A stretch of 33,789 nucleotides of DNA from Basidiobolus ranarum (lineage: Eukaryota), in the NCBI GenBank assembly GCA_040143965.1, contig JASJQH010000070.1, forward strand, positions 1-33,789. The letters run 5' to 3'. Shown one piece after another: positions 1 through 11,894 of the stretch; position 1 is the first letter of the stretch, and every line of letters starts with the position of its first letter. The notes under the pieces were generated by a model. It was not told the origin of the DNA. It saw nothing but the letters and a program-made list of their open reading frames with translations, and did not search any database. A program made the position numbers and the translations under genes.

Positions 1-2131
1 TTCAGCATAGCTGATGACCGTATGTACAAAGTATTACTCAAAACGGTCAAAGAACCAGTTGTCCGAATCGCTAAGGTTTGTTGTCGTGTGATTAGTCATG
101 TAGAATCCCGACTAGAGCCTAAGAAGTTAGAGTCACCTTCGAAAAGCAATGGATCAAGTACAAATGAGTCCAATCATCGGGAAAATGTAAATATTCCATT
201 GGTAAATAAGCCCGACATTGCCAGTATTATTGAGGAGCTTGAACTTGCCATCAAGGAGTTTGATACTACCGAAGTGCTATGCAGTCGAACCCTGAATGAA
301 ATGGGTTTAGACACAAAGCCACGAGATGAACTATTCATGGTCTTTACATTCTTATTTTGTATGCGAGAGATCGCTCGGAAACTTCTAAAGCTAGTCAGAT
401 ATCAAGAGGAGCTTTGTAAACTTCGAACATCTGCGAAGCGTATTTGGTGGCCATCGGTTGGATTCTTTACTTTGATAAGCTCACCTAGGTATGATGACGC
501 TGTTCATGTACCAGAAAAAGGTTTGTCATCAGCTCAAATTATGATTGAACTGGTTAAATACTGATCAAACTTTCCAGATGACGATCCAATTGAACAAGAC
601 ACTTATAATCCTGCGCACAGCGATAAAGGCCATCAACATTTCAGATACCGTCTATGGTTATTCCTCATGTGGTTCAAGAAACCCGAGTTCAAGTTCAGCA
701 TTAAATTCACACTAGCTCTTTGCCTGGTTACGATTCCAGCTTTTGTTTCGAGTACTTACGATTGGTTCTTGGATGTTCATGGAAATTGGGGTCTAGTTAC
801 AGTAAGTTCTCTCTTTGATATTCACTCTTCCTCTTCAAAATCTAACCTTCCATGGGGAACCGTTTCAAGGTTTGTCTGGTAATGAATCAAACTATCGGAT
901 CCACTGTGAGCGTTGGTATCTATCGTATTATCGGTACCATTTTGGGCGGTCTGTGGGGATACCTTTGCTGGCTTGCAAGTCAGGGAAACCCTTATATTAT
1001 TGCAGTCTTTACTTATATCATTGGTGATTAGGCTATTTAGGATCAATCAATTCTTGGATTTTACCAATAACTTTTTACCGTTTGTAGGAATTCCATGTTG
1101 GTACTTCTTTATCACCAGGCCGTATACTAAAGTGCCTTTGGTATCATTGACTACTTACATGATCGTCCTATTTAGCACCTATAATTCTGTTGTTGTTGAC
1201 AAGCGGGGGTCAAGCACCTCAGCGGGATTATTGGCAGTGCTGAGAACCGTGAATTTGATTATTGCTATTATAATTTCACTTTTGGTGGAGATGGTATTGT
1301 GGCCTTACGTAGCTAGAATTGAGCTACGTAGACATTTGGGTATAACTTTTTATAACTTTGGAGTTCTTTTCTCAGCAACTACCTCGGTTCACCTGATGGA
1401 AAGAAAATCGCCAGCTTGGTTAGAAGCGAGATATGAAGCCAAGAAACTGACCTCTAAATTACAGTCCTCAATTACCAAAGCTACTACTCTGCTAGCACTA
1501 TCAGCTAAAGAGCCGAGACTGAGAGATGATTTTCAAGAACAAACGTATGTCGATATCATATCAAGAGTGCAAAATCTGCTCGATTGGACTGCAACCATGC
1601 GCTCGTCTATAGTTCAGATAGACGAGAAAGTGAAAGTAAAATTAGTATATCCACTAAATAGAAGGCGTAAGGACGTAGTAAGTTGATGTTTCTAGCGTGT
1701 TTGCATAATCACAGAAGCTAAATATTTCATTCTAGATCGCCTCCTTACTTCTACAGTCGTATGTCATTTCGGGTGCATTCAAATCCAAGTCACCCCTGCC
1801 GCCTTATCTTCCATCAGCTAAAACGCCCAGATTACGTCTACTCGGTAAGATGAGAAGATTGGATGCTTTTTCAAATATGTCTAGGGAGACTCTCACTGAC
1901 AAAATAGAAAGTGAATTTTTCTATACGTATTGGTATGCATACGCAGGTAGTCTAATCGAAGTTGTGGAAGAACATGAGGAACTAGGTGATTTGGTCAAAA
2001 AGATTGTAGGTGAAATTAAATTTGTCGCCAATGACTTCAACTCGTACTCGGATAGAACACCAAACGTATCTGTTGATATTGAAAGAATGGCCGATGCTGC
2101 GGGGCTATCGGTTCCAAGAAACTATTCATGA
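1..2131 (+). CDS. FUSC/ArAE-2 (ALMT-like, Bre4-like) multi-pass membrane protein, 5'-partial
   Basis: The frame is open from base 1. GT-AG introns at 521-577, 802-869, 1024-1087 and 1678-1735 join the ORF pieces in frame. The spliced product contains WGLVT|VCLVMNQTIGSTVSVGIYRIIGTILGGLWGY, WPYVARIELR, EPRLR and PLPPYLPSA, typical of fungal aromatic-acid-exporter/FUSC proteins. Stop at 2129-2131. Confidence 0.8.
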
Positions 2132-2378
2132 TTTTATAATTTGTACACACATGACCCTTTGATGCCGTGATTGCTGTCATTTTCCTAAATGCCTCCATGT
2201 ATATTTATTTCTCTTTACTTTATTTTTCATGCCATCGACTTTAAATCGTTTCGTTAGAATGTTCAGGTGATTTATCAAGTTTCGTACTCTGATTAAAAAG
2301 ACGTATTAGGTATATCAAAATTACGCAACATATTGAGGGTATAATTCAGGTTGTGTATTAGGCTTTTGTGATGAGCTC

Positions 2379-3398
2379 TTATGGTCTGTGAAGGATACTT
2401 CTCCGGGTAGGTTTTCCCGGAGTTTCCTTAACTTTCGCGGGCTTAGCTGACATAATAGTAGAGTTTGATGCAGAGCAAGGCTGATCGGTTATTTCGTCAC
2501 CATTGATCTTTATGTCATTGTAACTAGGAAGAACCACTGGAGTGCTCAATTTCAGGTTCCCGGTACTTAATAGAAATTCTAAATCACTCACGCGGTTTGC
2601 CGATTCTGGCCAAATATCATCCATTCTACAGCATAATATTCGCTTTCTAAAGTGGAGGAACCTTTTGAGGAACGTCAGTTCAGTCTGAGCTTTAGTCGGC
2701 TCCGCTCTAACCATCTTAATTATGCTTCTTAAGCTAATACCATCGTCTTTGTCGTAGCCATGTTGCACCGCCGTATCATAAAATATGGATTTTCCCAGAG
2801 GGGAAAGAACCTTGTATGACTCGGCCAGTTTCATGGCCGGTTCAAAATACATCTCATTCGTCACTGCTTCCTGCACCCTTTTAAATTTAGAATCGGTGCA
2901 GGCTACTCGTCTCCAAGCTTCGGGAAATCCACTTAACTTCTTCGGGTCCACTTCCGGACCTCCACACTCTCTGGGATCCGCCAACTCTTTCAGAGGTACA
3001 TAATACGTCTTCAGTTCGCTATTAGGATTGATTTGTAAATATCTATTGATTACAGTAAAGACATCCCCTGTACCTGTAGTAAATCCCACGAGGCCGCAGG
3101 TATATCCTCTAGAGTCGTTGAGATCAACACACGATTCGTAATCGTAAGTAGTAGTGCCATATTCAAATACATTTGTAATAGTGAATATCAATGTATTTAT
3201 AGAGTGGTTGAACGGGATAAAATTTCCAGTAACCGGCATATTGGCATGCTCCTCACAGTTTGTCGATTTTGCTCTATATAAAGGGCATTCTTTATGGTTT
3301 TTGGAGTACTCGCCAACGCAATACTCTAACGCTTCACTTTTTGTCTTTAGTATACCAATACTAGCTATTAGTAATATCCTGAAAAGAATGTTCTTCAT
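2379..3398 (-). CDS. Secreted chitosanase, glycoside hydrolase family 46
   Basis: Intronless 339-aa ORF with an N-terminal signal peptide (MKNILFRILLIASIG). It carries the GH46 signature ITNVFEYG...LNDSRGYTCGLVGFTTGTGD, with the catalytic Glu and Asp in place, plus YFEPA and FYDTAVQHG. Confidence 0.88.
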   Translation of the reverse strand: MKNILFRILLIASIGILKTKSEALEYCVGEYSKNHKECPLYRAKSTNCEEHANMPVTGNFIPFNHSINTLIFTITNVFEYGTTTYDYESCVDLNDSRGYTCGLVGFTTGTGDVFTVINRYLQINPNSELKTYYVPLKELADPRECGGPEVDPKKLSGFPEAWRRVACTDSKFKRVQEAVTNEMYFEPAMKLAESYKVLSPLGKSIFYDTAVQHGYDKDDGISLRSIIKMVRAEPTKAQTELTFLKRFLHFRKRILCCRMDDIWPESANRVSDLEFLLSTGNLKLSTPVVLPSYNDIKINGDEITDQPCSASNSTIMSAKPAKVKETPGKPTRRSILHRP

Positions 3399-4084
3399 AT
3401 CAGGTGTGAAACTTCGAGTGTAGATTCTACTAGCAAATTAAGGAAAAAAGTTTAGAATCTAAACTATTAAGGCTGACCTAAGAATTGAATGTATTATATA
3501 TACAAGTATAGATGTATGCGTCTTAAATATAATGGAAGCATTCATCCTGTTTCAGGGAATTTTACAGCAAAATACCAGTCCAATAATAATGCAGATTTTA
3601 TCAAGGAATTGCCATGAGTAGGAATGTTCAGCACAGGAAAGTTATCTTCCTTGAATATGAATAGAAAAACTCCTTACAAAATGAGTCGCTAGTGGAGAAT
3701 AATAAAGCTTATATTTAACGAAACAAATACACGACCATTGTATTCTCATTTTGATGACAACGCCATGTCCATATCTGGGTGGCTTTGAAATTGATTTCCA
3801 GTGTGGAACATTGATTAAAAGGATCTCGAATTTGTTGACGCCATTCCGCAGACATTGAAAATGCTAGGACAGCTCAGGCTATGGCGATGATAGCTACGGT
3901 GATGATAGTGGAAATGGTAGTGGTATGTTTAATATAATTTTTAGAGTATCCCAACGGTTTGGAATGTACATACTGGTTAAGATAAAGTGTGAATAACCGG
4001 CTCAAATGTAGGGAAAACACCCAAAATAACAAACACATAAAGGTAGTTCATGGTAAAAACTGTGCTTGGAAGTTGCTTTACGAG

Positions 4085-4669
4085 TTATGAATCGTGCGCT
4101 AAATCCACCAAAAACAATCCAGTGGCCAGTAATAAAGATTGCAACATAGGGTCTTTAAGCGCAGAAGGGTGAATATCCAAAGTACCCATGTTCTTCAGCG
4201 CCATAGCTTTCCATTTGTACTCGGCATATTTCACGCCTGTTCTGGGGCAAATACATTCCATGCTTAACGTACCAAAACCTGTTCTCTTCCACTGGTAAGT
4301 CTCTGCATTCCAATTGAACTGATATATAAAGGAAAAAAATTTGACTTTTTTAAGCTCAAACTCCACGCTTTGAAGAAAGCTCTTAAATATAATGCTACTT
4401 TTGATAGCTTTTCTAGAGCCTTGAAACAGGATCTTTTCTGAAGCCCCTTCCAGAAAGGTATAATTTATGTGTGTACCTAGATCCCTTGTAAGGGTGTACG
4501 CAATACGTTCCAGGCTATCTTTGACTAGGATACTTCGTGAAAATGTGCTTTTCCGTGAAAGGAAATATCGCTGCATGGTATGTCCAACATCCGTATAACT
4601 TCGACCCGAATTCTGAAATGAGTATCGAGGATTCTCCAAGTAATTTGGTTCGCTTCTTTCAGACAACAT
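4085..4669 (-). CDS. Hypothetical protein, tubby-C/LURP-one/DUF6593-like
   Basis: Intronless 194-aa ORF. The pattern FNWNAETYQWK...YAEYKWK...GTLDIHP...SLLLATGL (beta strands ending in a hydrophobic helix) resembles fungal DUF6593/tubby-like proteins. The family call is tentative. Confidence 0.5.
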   Translation of the reverse strand: MLSERSEPNYLENPRYSFQNSGRSYTDVGHTMQRYFLSRKSTFSRSILVKDSLERIAYTLTRDLGTHINYTFLEGASEKILFQGSRKAIKSSIIFKSFLQSVEFELKKVKFFSFIYQFNWNAETYQWKRTGFGTLSMECICPRTGVKYAEYKWKAMALKNMGTLDIHPSALKDPMLQSLLLATGLFLVDLAHDS

Positions 4670-5298
4670 GAATAAATTATATAAGGAATAAGAGCAGAGT
4701 AAGTAACTGCTGGATGAGATCGCTAGACTTATGAAAGGAAATCACCATTGGATCGGAATAAATTGGGATTATTTTCCATCAGCGGTTTCATACGACTCTT
4801 GGCGGAATTATTAATATGCTTGGTCTGATTATTTACTTTTTTTTAGCAATATCTGCGCTTATTTACTTAGTGTTTAGCCTGAGATCAGTACAGCCCACCA
4901 TTTAAGATCAGAACAGTCATTGATTCTCGGGTCTGCATCTTAGCTAGGAAAGTGCTATAGATGACAGCTACTTTCTGAAACGTGAGCCTGGTGGCATCAC
5001 ATTAGTTCCAACTTACTCGTGGCTGTGGTTCAGAATGTTGATTATGCAAGTGGGTGCCTAGATGGACTCCAATTAAGATGATCCAATGTTACCCAGCCGC
5101 ATTCATAGACTGGATGAATTATCCGTCTCATAATGTGCAAGATAGTTTGGACAATATGTACAATATCTAAACTATCTTGCATATTATATTTCACAAAGCC
5201 ACCCCTCATAAAAACCGCGTCTCAATATTGTTCTTTTGCTTTCCCGTCTGGTAAAGAAATCCCTCTCCCAAAAACCTTTAATTCTTCTTGTCAAAATA

Positions 5299-5863
5299 AT
5301 GACTATTTCACAACCCACTTCCCCAAACGGCAATTGTACCTACTGCGACATTGCATTGGAAGGTGATCCAGCTTCTGGAGTCGTTTATGAGGTTCAATTA
5401 AACTGGTTTTAGTTCGAGTTCAAATTATGTTTATTTACCGTTTACTCTTCTTAGGATGAAAGAGTCGTTGCCTTCAAAGATCCCAATCCTGCAGCAGAGC
5501 ACCACTTCGTGATAATTCCTCGCAAACACGTAACATCCTACAACGATTTAACTGAAGATGACATCCCGATACGTAAGTTTAACCTTCGTTTTTTGCACTT
5601 TTCTCTTGCTAAATTTATCTGTTATAGTTGAGCACATGAAGAAAGTAGGAAACAACCTAATGTTGAATCAAGTTGGCCCAAAGCAAGAAACTTTATTAGG
5701 CTTTCTCCCCAAAGCACTATCAAGTGTTGGTCATTTGAGCATGCAATGCTTAACTTTACCTTTGACCTGCAGTTGGATGCGTTCTCTAGCTTATAAGCCA
5801 CTTGTTTTCTTTACTGTTGATGATCTGATTGGAGAAGTTAAAGAATCATGCTATAACCTATAG
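5299..5863 (+). CDS. HINT3-like HIT-domain protein with degenerate HIT motif
   Basis: Exons 5299-5391, 5455-5572 and 5628-5863 give MTISQ...CTYCDIA...VVYE|DERVVAFKDPNPAAEHHFVIIPRKHV...LLGFLPKALSSVGHLSMQCL. CxxC, AFxDxxPAAxxHxxxIPRKH and the C-terminal layout match HINT3. The first donor (GTTCAA) is weak. Confidence 0.8.
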
Positions 5864-6542
5864 CTTTCAACATGAATTTTCTCTCTTATCAAACATGAGG
5901 GATTTTGTTACATAAAAACACCCATTCTCGCCAGTAGTTTTTTTTCAATTTCTGTCTTTTCACTCCATAAATAGCATCTTTATTATGCTAGGTACTCTCT
6001 TTTCTCTTACTTTGTTGACCTTATGTTTTATAGTTGTAATAAATCTCTTTTAGAGACAGACATTTACAAATATATCCTATATCTACCAAAACCAAGACAT
6101 ATAACCACAGCTAGAATGTCAAGAATCACTTGAGCGGTTCTTTTATATACTTGCTACTTATCAACAGGTAGTCAAAGGAAGATTATTTTGAAACATCACT
6201 CAACAACTGCTACGACTTGTTACTACCTTTTTTCCTACTCGGGATAAATCATTTGGAAATGAAAAGATTGAATTTGAAATAAAAGCAAAGTCTGGAGAAA
6301 CCGACTAATTCCTGCGACAAATAACCATGAATTTGGTTAAAATAAGTGAAATAAAAAAGAATTAAGATTTTTTTTTCTCTAACACACACTGGAATTTTTT
6401 TTTCTTCAAAATCAAATACTGACGATTCATATACGTCTGCTACTGTCATTGTTGAAGCCCTTGAACTTTCAGCTCGTTACTGCAGTCGACCTCCAAGTTC
6501 CTCGCTAAATAGTTTTCTATTTTTTTTTGAAATTTCGTAATA

Positions 6543-8383
6543 ATGTACCACGAACCTTACGACGAAGAAGATGTTGCCGCTGATGTTGATTTGGTTGCCG
6601 GAGTCTATGCTCAGGGCGACATGACAGCCGATGATGATATTTTAGAAGAAGGTAACCACGAACTACATATATGTGTATAATTAGGCCAAGATGTATGTAC
6701 CCATGTACTGACATTGCTTCATTTTAGAACAAGTATTGATTCAACAACAGCTTGCTCAACAATATGTTGATACCCAAATTCCTGATGTCGTCAAGAACTT
6801 CATTGCTTATTTCCATCGTAGTCTTCGTGAAAATTCGGTTTATGAACTTCATTCCATTTATGAGAATACTTTCAACAAATTGACCGACAGATTTTACGCC
6901 AAGGAGGCTTGGCCCGAGGCTGAGTATATCGCACCTTTAGTCAACGATGGTGAGCATTATTAGAGTTATCATATTTCGTGAAATGATATTTATTCTCGGG
7001 CTTTCCCCATGTAGATCAAATCTTCTTGACCTTGTATCGTGAGTTGTATTACCGTCATATATATCAAAGACTCCAGCCCACCATCGAGCACAGATTCCGC
7101 TCATATGAGAATTACTGCGCTCTATTCAACTACATTTTGAGTAAGCTACATGCTATTTTAAGAAATACCCCCACATGCCCTGGAAATTAATACTTGTCAT
7201 TTTAGACTCTGATGGTCCTGTTAGTCTTGAACTCCCTAACCAGTGGTTATGGGATATCATTGATGAATTCATCTATCAATTCCAATCTTTCTGCAACTTC
7301 AGAAACCGCATCAAGAACAAGACTGAAGAGGAGATTTACTTGTTGAAAGAGAATCCCCAAGTCTGGAGCTGCTACAGTGTTCTCAATGTCTTGTATTCTT
7401 TGATTCAAAAGTCACGCATCACCGAGCAACTACTTGTCAGCAAGAATGGTGGTGATATGGTTGAAGCCGCTGGGGACTATGGCTCTCGTACTTTGTACAA
7501 AATGCTTGGTTACTTCAGCATTGTTGGCTTACTTCGTGTCCACTGTCTTCTTGGAGACTACACAATGGCTTTGAAGATGATGGAGAACATCGAGCTCAGC
7601 AAGAAGGCTTTGTTTGCTCGTGTTACCGCATGCCACGTTACCACCTACTACTATGTTGGTTTTGCTTACATGATGATGAGAAGATATGCCGATGCCATCA
7701 AGGCTTTCTCCCATATTTTGGTGTTCATTACTCGTATCCGTCAAGTTCACTCCAAGTCTTATCAATTCGATCAGATCAACAAGAAGGGAGATCAAATGTA
7801 TGCCCTTCTTGCCATCTGTGTTGCCCTCTCCCCTACTCGTTTGGATGAGAGCATCCACACACACATGCGTGAGAAATACGGAGATCAATTATCTAAAATC
7901 CAACGTGGAGAGGATCCTATCCAAACCATTGAGGATCTGTTCGTGTACGCATGCCCCAAATTCATCTCTCCTATTGCTCCTAGCTACGAAGATTTGGAAA
8001 GCAACCCAGCTGAGCCCAGTGCCCATCAGACCAAGATCTTCATGTCTGAAGTTCGCAAGCAAATCTTGATTCCCACCCTTAGATCCTACCTCAAGCTGTA
8101 CACCACCATGAGCATTGAAAAGTTGGCCACATTCCTTGAAGTCGATGCTGAAGAGCTCCGTACACAATTGATGATCTTCAAGCAGAAGAGTCGCCAAAGA
8201 AAGTGGGTTGAGGGCACATTATTAGACTGTGAAACCATCACCAGCACCGATTTAGACTTTTCAGTTAACATGGACATGATCCACATCGCTGAGAGCAAAG
8301 TAGGACGTCGCTATGGTGATTGGTTTATCCGCAACATCCACAAGTTCGAAGATATCATCTCCAACATGGAGCTTCGTGCTTAA
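6543..8383 (+). CDS. EIF3L: Eukaryotic translation initiation factor 3 subunit L
   Basis: Exons 6543-6651, 6728-6949, 7015-7140 and 7206-8383. Conserved blocks: [61 protein letters not shown] and RRYGDWF. Confidence 0.95.
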
Positions 8384-8583
8384 TTGCGTATTGTACGGTT
8401 TTATTCCACTTGGATCTTTGTTGACCCAGCTGCTTTTTATTTCCTCCCTCCCCTCCCCCCTCCTCACTATACCTCACATACTAAACTTACTCATTAAAAA
8501 AGTCTAAAGCGCTACCTACAATGACAAGTTATATATCAACAGAAGTTTGTTTTGTTCATCTAGTAAATGTAATGTTATGTGGG

Positions 8584-8641
8584 CCTCGAATGAACTCAGT
8601 AATACACATTTACCTCGAATGAACCCAGTAATACACATTTA
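8584..8641. repeat. 29-bp tandem duplication (2 copies, 1 mismatch)
   Basis: cctcgaatgaac(t/c)cagtaatacacattta at 8584-8612 and 8613-8641. Confidence 0.9.
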
Positions 8642-9316
8642 AGCTTAAAAGCTTTCATCCTAAATAATAGTTTGTACGAGCACTTGTGATCTCTATATAT
8701 GTGCATTCGACATTCATTCATGGATTAATTTACGATGAAAATATTCATCACCTTTCACTACTTATCCTTACTACTTATTTCCTCGGTTCTGGTGATCTTG
8801 TTCAACACAAACCCTGATCCTGAATGATCCTAATGCATGTATACCCCACTCCAACTCCCACCTCCCGTCCCCAACTAACCCTAACCCTAGACTTGGACTT
8901 GTCATCTATCTGTTCTGATACACAGTGATTCCACAATGGTTCCATCGAAGAATCGTATCGGTCAATTAAGGTTTTCTCTGAAGCCACATCTGTCCAGGTC
9001 TTAATATCACCGAATACTTGAAGCTTGGTTTGTCGATAACTTGGTTTGTCCATAACGCCGATGAATATGGTTTTTAGAATTATCCAAATGTGGAATTAAT
9101 GAATCAGATGGGATTTTCTATAGTTCTTTCATTCAAATGCCTTCTGGGATTCATCTATCTTTTTCTTTGCATTCAACTCATCTTCAACGAACCAATCATT
9201 GCATTTGGTTGGAGTTCGAAATTTTGGGTGTGTCATTGGGCTAAACCGTCATTCATAAGCAATCTTAACTGATTTCATTCCTCAGTGCGGTTTTCTTATT
9301 CATACTCGTTATCAAC

Positions 9317-11055
9317 ATGCCCCAATACTGGCTCGTTTCAGTTCCTGCCAACGGCAGTAAAGACTCCTCTTTCCAAAGCTTACGCACTTCAGTTAATGAA
9401 GTCGCTGAAGCCAGTGCTCTTGAACTTCCTGAGTTCAAGGTAAGTCGTTTTTGAAGTCTTTCCGCTTCTTTATCTTATATTAAATTATAATCTGTGAAGA
9501 TTGGCACTTTAGATACTTTGGTCGTCTTATCCGATGATATGGTCAAGTATGACCAAGCCTTTGAAGCCACAGTGGTGAAAATGATTGATAATCTTAAAGC
9601 ACTCTTGCGTGGTGACTCTGTACAACTTGAAGAGGCCCTGACTGTTAACGAGAGTAAGTTACCTCAGTAGTTGAAATACTTCAAGAGGGTGTGGTGCTTA
9701 CACAGTCATCATCTTGTCCATTTTAGAGCCTGTTGATCATTTCCTTAAATCCTTCCAGTGGAATGCCATGAAATATCGTTCTGATAAGCCCCTGAAAGAA
9801 ATTGCTGAACTTATTAACCAAGAAAGTATTTTTATGTATGTGTCACCAGCAACCGCAACGTAATACTAATATGTACCTTTTTTTATTACACTAATAGGAA
9901 GGAAGCTCTCTTGATACCGCTATGAAGTCAAAGATGAGTCAATATAACACCGTAAAGAGTAGCTTGACTAATATTGAAAGAAAACAAACGTATGTATCAC
10001 TTTTCTTTTAAATACATTTACCCAATACACTACTAACAGTGTTCAGTGGTAATCTTGCCGTACGCGGTCTTGCCGATATCGTTCAGAAAGGACACTGTGT
10101 TCTTGACTCCGAATATCTTCAAACCCTCTTTGTTGCTGTCCCCAAGTAAGTATATTCTGGTATTTCTAAGAGTTTTGTGCACTTCAATTTACAAATGATT
10201 CAAACTATTTTAGGAACTTGTATAAGGAATGGGAATCTAAGTATGAAACTTTAACTGAGATGGTTGTACCTAGATCATCATTGTAAGTAGCATACAGCAA
10301 TACTTGGAATATCAAACTATTCATATAACTGACATGCACATTCAAAGGAAAATCGCTGAAGATAGTGACTACGGTCTGTTCGCTGTCAATGTTTTCAAGC
10401 GTGTAGTTAATGATTTCAGTCTCAAATGCAGAGAAGAGAAGTAAGTGAACTAAAGGGATGTACTGATGGTAATGTTGTTTGTACTGACGTTGTATCTATC
10501 ATTAGATTCATTGTTAGAGAGTTCGAATACAATGAAGAACAACTCGAAGAAGACAAAAAAGAGTATGAAGAAACCGAAGCATCCGAGAGAGAGCAATGGG
10601 TAACTATACTGGAGTGGATGTTCTAGCATAATGAACCAACGATGTAACCTTATGATAATATTTTAGAAATCTCTCTTACAATGGTGCAAGACCAGCTTCG
10701 GAGAAGTATTCTCAGCCTGGATTCATATTAAAGTTCTTAGGGTTTTTGTTGAATCTGTCTTGAGATATGGTCTACCATTAGATTACAGCGCAGCTATGAT
10801 TAAGGTATGTTTAAATTCTAACCAGACATGATATCATCCCATCCACTCACGAAGAATTCATTTCATTAGCCCAAAGCCAAGGCCGACTCCAAGATCCGTG
10901 ACCTTCTCGTCAAGAAATATGCTAGTCTTGGTGGTTCATTTGGACAAGATGACCAAAACGATCATTTGGATGAATATCAGAGCCTTGTTGACAAGGACTA
11001 CACTCCATTTGTTCTCTTCAACATCCCTTGGACCGTATTTGATAAAGAAAAATGA
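9317..11055 (+). CDS. VMA5: V-type H+-ATPase V1 subunit C
   Basis: Mostly missed by the ORF track. Ten exons read by hand give [10 protein letters not shown]...[17 protein letters not shown]...FQWNAMKY...[12 protein letters not shown]...[12 protein letters not shown]...[12 protein letters not shown]...[23 protein letters not shown], with the TGA ending at 11055. Confidence 0.95.
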
Positions 11056-11894
11056 AGACCTACATAGTTCTAATCAATTGTACCTTCTACGAAACCACTT
11101 CGTAATGACCTAATACCCACCGTTCCATGCATTTTACGCTAGTTTATTTTGGTACCTAATTAAAATTCAATAAAAAAACCATTTCATTTTCAGCTATCAA
11201 TCCAACTCAGCTCTCCACACATAATGAACCCATCATCACGATGGCAGAAATATGAAGTAGGCGCGTGATTGACATTCAAAAAGAAGTTTCTTTCGAAGGG
11301 GAATCCACCACTCTCTACACTCGAATCGATGGACTTTTCCTGGCTAAGTGACCCCAAGATATTAAGGTTCTTAGAAGGGGAGACAGCAGTAACTGTAGTA
11401 TAGTAAATACACGAATAATATTGCCTGTGACACCTTGCCACAGATGGTTTTGTTTAACCTAATAAAGCCTGTAGATGGAACTTCCCTAACGAAGATGTGG
11501 CAGCAGAACTAGGATTTCATTATACTTGAATGTTTGTATTAAGATAGAGATCTGGTCAATATAAAATGGCGTGGATAAAAATGGTGGCTGGACACCCAAA
11601 GAAGAATGGTATTACGTACACATATTTTAAAAAATATTTGCTTAATTTATCTTAATTATATCCACTCAAATTATGTATAAATTAATTAATCTAAACTTGC
11701 AAATAAAGTTGCATGGGTAACCCAAAAGCTAGGGGTCATTTCAGCATAGTAGATAGGGTGGGTAGTGGTAGGTAGATTGGTTTTGGGATCTACTGATTTT
11801 CTTTAATTTCCACTGTCAGTTGGCTTTTCCCCTGACATTCTTAGTCTACTCGACCTTATTCTTTTTAGTTACCATTTTCAACGGCAGTAACAGT

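Noticed and set aside
7529-8507. Antisense and alternate-frame ORFs over EIF3L (similarly over USP48 and CDC48)
   Set aside because: These are shadow ORFs expected from codon bias in conserved genes, with no independent motifs.
11190-11441. 83-aa ORF between VMA5 and the VOA1-like gene
   Set aside because: It has a non-ATG start, no motif and no splice support.
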